NCBI GenBank assembly: GCA_002633005.1
Contig: NMRA01000119.1
Location: 1-64,000 of the forward strand
Source: Phoronis australis
Lineage: Eukaryota > Animalia > Phoronida
DNA length: 64,000 nt
Direction of reading: 5' to 3'
The position numbers and the translations under genes are program-made. A model generated the notes under the pieces. The model did no database searches and had not been told where the DNA came from. It saw nothing but the letters and a program-made list of their open reading frames with translations. Every line of letters begins with the position of its first letter. Within the stretch, counting starts at the first letter, position 1. Shown here piece after piece: positions 14,001 to 26,000 of this stretch.

Positions 14001-17000
14001 AGAAGTGAGTCAGACATGTAGCACATCACTTTGAGTTTCATTCGTCACTTGTTAGAGTTCACGTAATTCGACGGCAATGCTATTCATTTTCAAATGCATT
14101 GTGGAATGCTTGTTGGCTTGTTTTGAAACATTCGATTATAACATGGGCTACATATTTTGAGCGGCTGATCACGACGTTTTCTCTTTTCTAGTTCAACAAA
14201 GGCCATGACAAGTCTCGTTTCTATCGCAAGACACCTGATGTGGTTTTAGAGGGATTAAGAACTTCAACAAAACCATGTCTTTTGGCCGTGCGATGCCCAC
14301 GGAAAAGAATTGAGATAACAAAAATGACCAAAATCACAAATTCACGACTGTCCCGGTCCCTAAGCGGAGAGAAGAATCCTAATGCTTTTGTACAGTAGAT
14401 TCCAGTGTACAGATTCAATTATACCATTACCAATCAGATTTTTTAAGTTTCCGCTCGTCTGAAGGTTACCCGTATTTGCAGGAAAAATGTTTGTGGTGAA
14501 CAAGAATGTGCTCTGATATTGGACCCGTGTAAAAAATGGCAGGGTCCGAATTTCTGGGTTTTTTACTAACATTTATGCCAATCGCTTCTCGTTTTTACCA
14601 CAGAATTGCCATCAAACCTGACCCACTCCAATATTTTCACATTTGGGGGAACTAAAAAGAACTGTACTGTGGTCTTAGACCTCACAAGGCGACGTGTAAG
14701 CAATACTACGAAAAACATTTCGTTACTTGAGCGCACCCAAAATCGAAAGAACCGGTCTGCTACCACATGGTGGGAATACAACAAAGCATCCGTTTTGTAA
14801 AATGAAAGATTTACTGAAAGTGAGTCTTAAAATGCATTAATTCAAAACAGCTTAGTAAATGTTTTGCCCGAGGTATTGTCGATGCACGTGCCTTCCGGTC
14901 ACGTTGACGTGAAACTTACCTCATAAAACATAGATTAGCAATCGGGTTACACATGCACAAGTTATCTGCGATGTCACCGGATGTTCAAGAGTTGCAACCG
15001 TTCCACACATGCATGTGAAAAATGATAGCACCGCCGCTATAGATGAAATCTCTCGAACTGCGTGTACTTAATTGCAGTTAGCGATAACAAAATTCCCCTC
15101 AAACAATTTTCAATGAAACGTACACCTGTATCCATATGGAAATCAATCCAGATTTTAGCTATAACTGGTGTTAAAATGTAAATCTGCATTTCTATAATGA
15201 TTTTGACAAAAGTTCATTGTAACTGTTGATTTCCGTTCGTTACTGTCGTCAAGACGCTTGGGTCTGGCGAGTAATCTGTGGGTACATTTACATGTACGGT
15301 AATGAATGACCTCTTTTGAAAGATGATGCTTTACTCGGGAAATCGAGGCTTGGAACCTGCCTCCCGTTCAGTAACACTAGGACCCCGCTAAAAGCAAGAT
15401 TTCGCGAGATTACTTGAGATATTGGTATGTATTTTAAATGAGAACACGTGACTTTGGCTAGATTTTAATTAGGCCCTAGCGTAGGTCCTAGCGTTACTGA
15501 ACGCACGCCCGACTTTATGCGTAAATGAAGTTAAGGAATCACAATTTTTCAGGAAATATGAAGCACTGACCATGGATAGGGAAATTTTTTCGATAAATAC
15601 GAAATTAAATCCCATAAAAGGAAGGCTGTCGTATCATCACATATTTTTGTAAGTGGTGTTTTGTGTCACGAAAATGCGATGATGCTGTTTATATTTTCAG
15701 ATGGAACAGTTCATTACAACAGACATGCAGGAGGTGATGAAGCTCGANTTTAAATCTTGTTTCAGCTATATAATGTTAATTACAGGGGTTGATTAATGTA
15801 CTCAACATTTCCCTATGCTCTTGCTATTTTATTTTTTGCGCCTATGAACTCAAGCACTTATCTTGAGTTTGCACAAGACTAAAACAAAATTGACAAAAAT
15901 AATTTCGAGTTAGATTTCCAGTACAAAAAATTGTCTCTCGGCCTAGACCCGTACCAAAATCCGTTGTTTTTGTGATTTTAATAGAACCCACAGATTCTGA
16001 GACTAGCTGATTGGTAAAATATCCACAAAATCAGATTTTACAAGATTTCTACCTTCAGAAAATATATACTTTTACTCATTGGTAAAATCTATAGTTTGGC
16101 TACAGACACACACTAGTCGATAATGTCCTACATTTAATAAACCTTTTCTCTGTTAGTAAAGGATCGAAATGCCACCACAAAGGTCGGGGGTTTGAATCTG
16201 TTTCGAAGCTTATTTCAAATACATATCATCTTGATAATGTCACTTTAACAACACGAATGTTTTATCTTTTGTTCAGGTTCGAGTGTGGGCCAGGCCTGAA
16301 GCAATAAACCAAACAGCTTACGCATTGAATGCGGGAGTCAAAATTTTAGAACACTTTGAAGAATACTTTAAAATACCGTACCCGCTTCCAAAACAGGGTA
16401 AGATGACAATTGTTTTGATGAAGAGAAGTTGTGCCTAAGTAGAAGATGTGTTTTCACAACACTTTGTTAGCTCAAAAACGCCAGGAAAATGGTTGCAGTG
16501 ACACTGTCAGTTGTGTTTAATGGGAGGACCTTTTGTTACCAAAGGAGACCAAAGAATTAAAGCCAAACGTTTCTCACCCACTCACTTTCCAATGCTGAGA
16601 AAAAACTTCGTGCATGACAACAGTGCATCCCAAAGACTGCGCTTCGAGATTCTGCTTTTGCAAAACGTTCACATTTTTTCTGATATCCGGAAGAGAGACG
16701 TAGCACAGACACGTTAAAGAGGCCCGGCTATTAACAGCAATATTGAAAGTGGTTCTCTGCTACTGAAACAGAATTCAACCAGCTCACCAGGTATTTTTAG
16801 GGTTCGTTCGTAAAGATTTTTAATTTTTGTTGATATCAAAACATTCCCCTTTAGTTTCAAATTTCAAGAAAAACGATCAATCAACTACTCACCACTTTGT
16901 CGATTTTTCTACCACAAGGCAAAGCACGTCTCCTTATTTGGTATGGCAAGACATAGACGTAGCACAATTCCCTTATATAGAAAATGTTGCCTTTGTCCTC

Positions 17001-20000
17001 AAGCGACTTCAAGCAACTGACTGTGAGCGCATGCGCGCATTTATCATAAATGAGAGGGAGATTAGAAACTTTGGGGTAACCAAATAGTTTTTCCTTCGCG
17101 CGTATTTCAAAAATCATGAATTTTGCAATTTTTTCTGGAATTTTTTCGCAGGTGAAGGTGAATTACTCTGTACTAGACGTTGTGAAATGGTACGTCAGGG
17201 ATTGTTTAAAAGATATTTTTGGCGAGCTTTCGCGTTCCATGCCTCTTTAAAGCGTAAATTTACCGAAACGAAATAGCGTTACATTAAGTGGCCTAAATGT
17301 AGCTGAAGAATGAATTTGATTCCTTTGCTTTCAGATATGATTGCCATACCAGATTTTGCTGCCGGAGCTATGGAGAATTGGGGCCTAATAACCTACCGTG
17401 AGACAGCGCTGTTGTATGATCCCAAAGTTTCGTCTGCTACGAACAAACAACATGTTGCTATTGTGATCGCACACGAACTTGCTCATCAGGTACAGTGCTT
17501 GGAAGCTCGATTCGGCATATTGCCACTAAATCATGACGCACCCATGTACTGTTTTAATGATCTAAAGCCACGATAAACTGCCAATTCTTTTGAAGTCTCA
17601 AAACTGTCTCCAGCTACTATATGACATGGGTGGCACACCATAAGGGGCTGGGTGTATAGCCCCCCCACTTATTTCAGTGCTGCGCCGCCCATGCTATGAC
17701 ACCAATTCCATAACGGAAAATGGTTTAAACCAACAAATGAGGGTTCATAGCCGCTTCTATATAGCGAGGGCTCTTTGTACAGCCGATAAAACTACAAAGA
17801 AGTAGTTCAACAAACTGTTTTTCGAATGCCTTTAACTTTTGCGTTGCTTATGGAATGATTATCAGAAGGATCACGGTACAATTTGTATTTTACGCCAAAA
17901 TTGTTATTTTGGCGTTATGAATGTTGTTTCACAGACAAAAACAATGTGAAAACAAAATTATTAAGTTCCCACGAAATCAAGGTTTTATCGTTGATTTTAA
18001 CAGTATTTTTAACTTAGCCATTGTGGTTTCTTGAAAACACTTGACTTATTTAGCGACCACGAAACAAGTAACTGCTTAAGAAGAACAATTCTTGACTCCC
18101 GCCTAAAATGTGATTGGCCTAAAGCTACATGATCAAAATCAATTTCACTGACTGCAGCTCCTAATCAGGGATGCATTCTGTAGGTCCAACACATTCGGCG
18201 AGTATCTTCGGTCATGGAACGCCGAAACGACTGTTTCTATCCCATAATTCAACATTCCTAGCCCACCGATCATAACTTCAGTTGCTATTTTGCTATGTTA
18301 TACGCTAAAAATCCCCGCTTCTTTCATATGAAAGTCTCGCTTGCGGCATCTTGGTCTTTAGCGGGATTCTTGAGTCTGCTGAACACATTACTCCAAGGCT
18401 GCAAATGAAAGGAGAGTGCTTCGCGAGTGTGCTTGTCAGCGTGCCTTAGCAAAACAGCAGCCATTAGATATGATTGATAGGTGAAGTTTGAAAGTTAAAT
18501 TATGAGATAGAATTCACTGCTTTTGTTCTCGCTGCAAGTGCTTCGTGGTGTGTTGGGTCTACGGAACGCGCCCCAAGACTTGTAACTTTCTTCACTCTAA
18601 TCAAAAGCCGTAAAAAAGTGAAATTCACAAGATATATCCATTTCTCTCTCTGTTTTTTCATCGTCACTCAGGTTCCATTCTCTTTAAAAAATGAAGTAAA
18701 TTTTCGTCATTGCACAGTGGAGCAGACGACGAAAACGGAGTCGTAGTGCGCAGCGCCACTGTAGGTCGCCTGGGATATCGCGGGAGAGCCTATACTTAGC
18801 CATAGTTCCGTTACGAATGCGCCGTGTTCCGAATTTGACACTTGAAATTGGGTTTGAGGCCCCCCCCAAACACTAAAACTGCACACATTTAAATCTTGTT
18901 TCACCCGTATAATTTTAACTACCGAGGTTAATTAATAAACTCCATTTCCCTACGCTCTTACTGTTTTATTTTTTTGCGGCNATTAGTTTTTGAAAATATA
19001 AAAGGTAACGATCAAGAGATGAATGTTTGCCTAGTGACCCGGAATTGGGGTCAACAACTAGCGAAATTATACCATCTGGAACAATTATGTCTGTCTGCTT
19101 CAAGACGAACGTTTTTTGTGCTCGATTCAAAACTCTCTGTCTCAAATGAAAATGGGAAGAAAAGTTTTGCATAACACTTTCAAACTCATTTCAAACGCGG
19201 TCTCTTGAAATTTGTTTGCTGCATGAAGTTTAAATCACACCATAACATATACATATGTATACCAACATAATTATTATGCTTACACGTTATACAATAATAC
19301 ACGCACCTATATGTGTGCGTTTTCACTTGTATAAGTAGGTTCAATGTATTTTTATTAATACTTATTTATCTTTGTCGCTACACATTATTTCTACGTATCA
19401 TATCATGCTCTATCTCCATCAGCAATTTGTATGATAAATATTATTGCAAAATGTGCATTGCTAATGAGTTTGTTCTTCTAAAAGCGTTATGTTTTGTTTT
19501 TGTTTCTAAAACTGAATTGACTTGCAGGTACATGTATCTGGTATTGGTAGCTTTCCTCCTTCTAAAGCCCGCGTACAAGATTCTCCGAATAACATGAAAA
19601 TGATCAACTCTGTCTCTGCAAGCTGAAGTCTTGAATTAGTTTCTATACTTACCCGTCTCCAGAATGCTTTAACCTACAGTGAGCTGAACAAAAAATCACA
19701 TGACCAAGTAAAATGAGCAAACGCCAATGTTATCGAATATTATTTCCGTTTCCGACTATAAATGTAAAATGATTTGCCCTAATTGGAAGAACATTAATTG
19801 CTTAGCCACCCACAAAGATTTCAAGTTGATTACCGCAGCCAGGCCTTGTGATCTGCAACATTCATGTTCCCAAAACCATGAAGCTTGTTAAACAGATTTT
19901 CTTTTGCAAGAGTTATCAGAATGACTTCCACTCTATTCCCCACACTGAAGATCTCTTATTGAGCAAGTGGCATCGTCTCTTTGAAGCTGCAGGTGGCGCT

Positions 20001-23000
20001 GTCGACCGAGTAATGTTTTTACGTAGGCACTTTGTTGGCTTTTTTGATGCTTTTTCTAAAATCATTGGAAAAACTTAGTCAATACCGCATCCACCAAGGA
20101 GTGAGTTATTTAGCTAACAACTAAATAACGCTTTGTTTTGCTTTCAGTGGTTTGGAAACTTGGTGACTCCCAGTTGGTGGGACGACTTATGGTTGAATGA
20201 GGGCTTTGCAACTTACATGCAGTATCTTGGAACCAACTTCCTGGAGCCTACTTGGGACATGGTTTGAATCTTTTGGTTCTTTTTTGTTGTTCCTGCCAAA
20301 GGAAGTACGTTTTTAAAAGCACGAATATCCAAATATTATGCGTGCACATCCTAAAACAACTGGGAAGTTACATGTAGCACATCGCCGTCTTCCATGTCAC
20401 TTTGAGTTTCATTTGTCACTTGTTAGAGTTCACGTAATTCGACGGCAATGCTATTCATTTTCAAATGCATTGTGGAATGCTTGTTGGCTTGTTTTGAAAC
20501 ATTCGATTATAACATGGGCTACTATATTTTGAGCGGCTGATCACGACGTTTTCTCTATTCTAGTACAACAAAGGCCATGACAGGTCTCTTTTCTATCGCA
20601 AGACACCTGATGTGGTTTTAGAGGGATAAAGAACTTCAACAAAACCATGTCTTTTGGCCTTGCGATGCCCACGGAAAAGAATTGAGATGACAAAAATGAC
20701 AAAAAATCACAAATTCACGACTGTCCCGGTCCCTAAGCGGAGAGAAGAATCCTAATGCTTTTGTACAGTAGATTCCAGTGTACAGATTCAATTATACCAT
20801 TACCAATCAGATTTTTTTCAGTTTCCGCTCGTTTGAAGGTTACCCGTATTTGCAGCTAAAATGTTTGTGGTGAACAAGAATGTGCTCTGATATTGGACCC
20901 GTGTAAAAAAGGGCAGGATCCGAATTTCTGGGTTTTTTACTACCATTTATGTCAATCGCTTCTCGTTTTTGCCACAGAATTGCCATCAAACCTGACCCAC
21001 TCCAATATTTTCACATTTGGGGGAACTACAAAAATCTGTACTTAGACCTCCCAAGGCGGCGTGTAAACAATACTACGAAAAACAACATTTTGTTACTTGA
21101 GCGCACCCAAAATCGAAAGAACCGGTCTGCTACCACATGCTTTTGGTGGGAATACAACAAAGCATCCGTTTTGTAAAATGAAAAATTTACTGAAAGTGAG
21201 TCATGAAGTGCATTAATTCAAAACAGCTTAGTAAATGTTTTGCCCGAGATATTGTCGATGCATGTGCCTTCCAGTCACGTTGATATGAAACTTACCTCAT
21301 AAAACATAGATTAGCAATCGGGTTACACATGCACAAGTTATCTGCGATGTCACCGGATGTTCAAGAGTTGCAACCGTTCCACACATGCATGTGAAAAATG
21401 ATAGCACCGCCGCTATAGATGAAATCTCTCGAACTGCGTGTACTTAATTGCAGTTAGCGATAACAAAATTCCCCTCAAACAATTTTTAATGAAACGTACA
21501 CCTGTATCCATACGGAAATCAATCCAAATTTTAACTATAACTGGTGTTAAAATGTAAATCTTCATTTCTATAATGATTTTGACAAAAGTACATTGCATCT
21601 GTTGATTTCCGTTCGTTACTGTCGTCAAGGCGAGTAATCTGTGGGTACATTTACATGTACGGTAATGAATGACCTCTTTTGAAAGATGATGCCTTACTCG
21701 GAAAATCGAGGCTTGGAACCTACCTCCCGTTCAGTAACACTAGGACCCCGCTAAAAAGCAAGATTTCGCGAGATTACTTGAGATATTGGTATGTATTTTA
21801 AAAGAGAACGCGTGACTTAGGCTAGATTTTAATTAGGTCCTAGCGTACGTCCTAGCGTTACTGAACGCACGCCCGACTTGATGCGTAAATGAAGTTAAGG
21901 AATCACAATTTTTCAGGAAATATGAAGCACTGATCATAGATAGGGAAATTTTTTCGATAAATACGAAATTAAATCCCATAAAAGGAAGGCTCTCGTATCA
22001 TCACATATTTTTGTAAGTGGTGTTTTGTGTCACGAAAATGCGATGATGCTGTTTATATTTTCAGATGGAACAGTTCATTACAACAGACATGCAGGAGGTG
22101 ATGAAGCTCGACGGGCTTGCTTCCTCACATCCAATCTTCGTTCCTGTGAATCATCCCAACGAAATAAGTGAGATTTTTGACCGAATTTCGTACGGAAAAG
22201 TACGTATTTTTACTTTGACTATCGCTGAGTTACTTATGCAAAGCTTCGTGTTTGCATGCACTTGTCTGGACTCGAACTAGGACAGTAAATGTTGACGCTG
22301 GCTGTTCTTGAGTATAAGTGTTGTAGATGTACATGTAGGTAGCACTGTGCTTAGAATATTCTGAACACACCTGTCACGTGCCGTAAGGCTAAAGTAGTCG
22401 CATGCGCACAGATAATATTCACAAAAGTCTGAGGCTACGAAAATACCCGAGGTGTCCCGGATCATTACGTGTTGATTTAACAGCTGCAACACTTGAAGAA
22501 ATTTTATCTCTCAAAAATGTTTAACATGATTGTAATTAGAAAGCTGGTTAAGACGGTGCATCAGCTTCTGGGTCTGTTCCATGAAACGTTTACCAAGAGG
22601 ACACGTATACCAGAAAACCCTACTTGAAACTTGAATTTTAGATATTGAAAATTGAGTTAACGGAATACTCTGTGATTGACGGCTACGAGTGATTAGCACG
22701 TTAAACAACCGCTTAATTTTTTTCTCGGTAACTCCATTTTGTCATCTGTAGTGGTCATCTATGTATTTTTGCAGTTTCTATTTCTCTAGCTATATATTAG
22801 CAACTTATTTGCAGTTGAGTGACTTGTTTGCTTTCGTTTCAGGGTGCTTCCATCATCAGAATGATGAACTTTTTCTTAACAGAGAAGATTTTCAAGGCAG
22901 GTCTCACTGTAAGTGGTTGAAACTACGAAGTATAAAAACAAATGAATTGATGCAAACAATTTATCCCGTTCAATCCGCCATCTTTTGGTCACATCACGTG

Positions 23001-26000
23001 ACCTAATGAATATAAGTCCGAAAAGATGTCTGCCCGCCCCCGTGGTCGTGTCCTTTGTCTAAACCCTTTTATGAGCAGATATTTCAGCAACAAAGTGGAC
23101 GAAAACGTCTGATAGAGCACTATGTTCATGGTCCTGGTTAGAGTGTCAATAACTGATCCCTTCCGTCCTATTTCATGCCCTCGTAGGATCATGAAATTTA
23201 GGTCCACGTCATCAGATGGTGGAATAATTTCAGCGGGAACCTAGAAGAGATAGATTATCAACAGCAAAGATTCCAGTTTTCAAAATGGTTTAAAATGTCG
23301 ACTTAAAATGTCTATAAGCACAAACGGTGTAAAATGTTTCCAGACCGCCTTTCCAAGAGCATGATAAGTCGATACTAGTTGCCTGCTTAAGCGTTGTCAA
23401 GCGGGATGAAAGGCCTCGCGAATCCGTAACTATTTTTCATCCTAGATGTCGAACATTAGTTAATCCGGAGAAAAAAATACCCGATGAAATATGCTTAGAA
23501 AATGCTATTATTTATGGTAGTCTTACACAGTGACTTTTGGATCCAAACTGGAAATTTTTGTGCTTTTTTGAGAAGCCTATTTTTGTGGCACGTTACTCGA
23601 ACAAATGAATTGAAAATGCATATTTATTGATTTTGTTCATACAAGAAAAGGACGCTTAGATTGCTGCAAGTAAAATAGAAGCCCAACTTATAAGCGCTTC
23701 TCGGTTTCATATTCCACATTTAATTTACTTATCTATCAGATCAACCATGGCTCCTCTTGGGAAAATTTATTTTTCTTTGAGTCTTCCTCAGTTCTTCAGT
23801 CGATCTTATTTTGAAGAGTGGGATTGGCTTTGAGTTACGGACAGATCAGACTGGTATAGCGACCAGTAGTGCCAATTTCTGTGGCTGCCTGATATCTACG
23901 AAGTTATTGAGCGGATCTTCATGAAATTTGACATACATGTTTCGTACAGAGGAGAGCGTGGTTGGCGTTCCTTTAGAGACGGATATGGCTACCGTGATAC
24001 CGCCTTCGGGAAATTGTGTTTTCTTTGCATTTGTCTGAATATCTACCAATTTCTTTTATGGTGCAATATTTGGCATATTTGTTACTATTGAGTGAACGCG
24101 ACTGATGTTGATTTTTGGACGGATCGGACTACTTTGGTGCACCCTAGTGGAAAATTGTAATTGCATTCTTTTAATATATAGTTTTATGATATACAAACGT
24201 TCAATATATGTTCTTAAATTAGAAGAGGGCGCCTGATTTATCCGACTATTGTAGAAGTATATGAAAAATTAGCACTCATTTTTATGCACCCACATATTTA
24301 TATGTGATCGCATATTGCCGTCATCTCTGTCTGGGCGTCCGGGCGTCTGGCGTCCGCAGCTGTATCTCCTAAACCCCTTACAGCATTTTATTGAAATTTG
24401 GCAGGTGTGTTCCTATGGAGTTGACGACAGAGGGCAACGAGTTTCGGACCGACTCGAATACCGCTGTGCCCCCTAGTTTCACTTTTAGTTTTTTACGTTC
24501 GCCTCTGTAACTTCAAAGGTTCTGAACCGATTTTCATGAAATTTGGCACATAGGCATCTATTAATGAGTTGACGCCATCCTTCCGTTTTCGAATGGATTC
24601 GAGACATTTTGCGCCATCTAGTGGCCATTTTTACTATTTTCAAGTCGCTTTTTTGGCGTCCGCCCCTCTAACAACCAAACCACTCTAAGGATGATTGTGA
24701 AAATCGGCATGTAAGTTCCTGTTATGAAGAGGATAGTTGACCACGATTTTCCAACGACTTTGACTACTGTGGCGCCTCCTAGTTGCGGTTTTTTTTTTTT
24801 TTTTTTGCACTCGTGACGTTCTATCTCCTAAGTCCTCTGCAGGATCTTTTTTAAATTGAGCACGTGTATTTATATGAAGTTAACAAGAGAAGACGACGAC
24901 TTTTAGACGGATCCGACGAACACTGTGCCCCCTAGTGGTAATTTCATTTTGTTTTGGTTTTCCTCTGTTTCTCTGAAGTTGTTCAACGAACTTTAAATAA
25001 ACAACGACATTTTCTGGTTTTTAGACAGATTCGACGTATTTTGCGCCATCTAGTCAAATAAACAACCCTAAAAGCAAACCATTTGCGATGCATTCGTGGG
25101 CGCATTTCAACGCTCTGTGTTGCTCTTGTTTCTTTACGCTGGGTTAAAAGCTAAGCTTTGCGTTAGCATGCTCTTAGTGTTGTTGTACCTGCCATCAGTT
25201 TTCCGTATATAATCTGATATAATAAGACAACGTCGTCAAGAAAATTTCGGTGTTCTTAACGTTCACAGGATTATCTTCTACTCAAAGCGTATGGAGCTGC
25301 AACAAAAGATGACCTGTGGGCTTCGCTGACAAAGGTAGGATTATTATTGGCAAAGTCAAATAATTGCGTATCATTAAAGTTTATTTATCCGCATGTTGAC
25401 GTGCAGCCATTCACTCAGTTACACGACTTAGCACTGAAGGCCTGCACGGTTTCGGTGTTGATCAAGTTGGGCGAATATAAAAATCAAGAACGCCCTGGTA
25501 GCTTTGTATGTCGCCTATAAACTGCGTTTCGAGTACTCCGTTGACGACGTTGTCGCTATCCAGGGTGTCCAGTGTCTCGGAAGCAGGTATGCTGATGAGA
25601 ACGTATTCATGTCCCAATTTATACACGGATTTGTGTCCTGTAAAGGGAATTTTNNNNNNNNNNNNNNNNNNNNNNNNNNNNNNNNNNNNNNNNNNNNNNN
25701 NNNNNNNNNNNNNNNNNNNNNNNNNNNNNNNNNNNNNNNNNNNNNNNNNNNNNNNNNNNNNNNNNNNNNNNNNNNNNNNNNNNNNNNNNNNNNNNNNNNN
25801 NNNNNNNNNNNNNNNNNNNNNNNNNNNNNNNNNNNNNNNNNNNNNNNNNNNNNNNNNNNNNNNNNNNNNNNNNNNNNNNNNNNNNNNNNNNNNNNNNNNN
25901 NNNNNNNNNNNNNNNNNNNNNNNNNNNNNNNNNNNNNNNNNNNNNNNNNNNNNNNNNNNNNNNNNNNNNNNNNNNNNNNNNNNNNNNNNNNNNNNNNNNN

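Larger units (their letters stand above)
10580..22111. repeat. Tandem duplicate block: ~10580-15747 versus ~16149-22111 (probably two haplotypes)
   Basis: Introns and exons 5-8 are colinear with scattered SNPs and indels; single-N junction at 15748. Confidence 0.9.

Noticed and set aside
10942-17087. Paired short ORFs such as MCLMGGPF and MLISKHSP seen twice
   Set aside because: They are intronic and recur only because the block is duplicated; this is not independent conservation.
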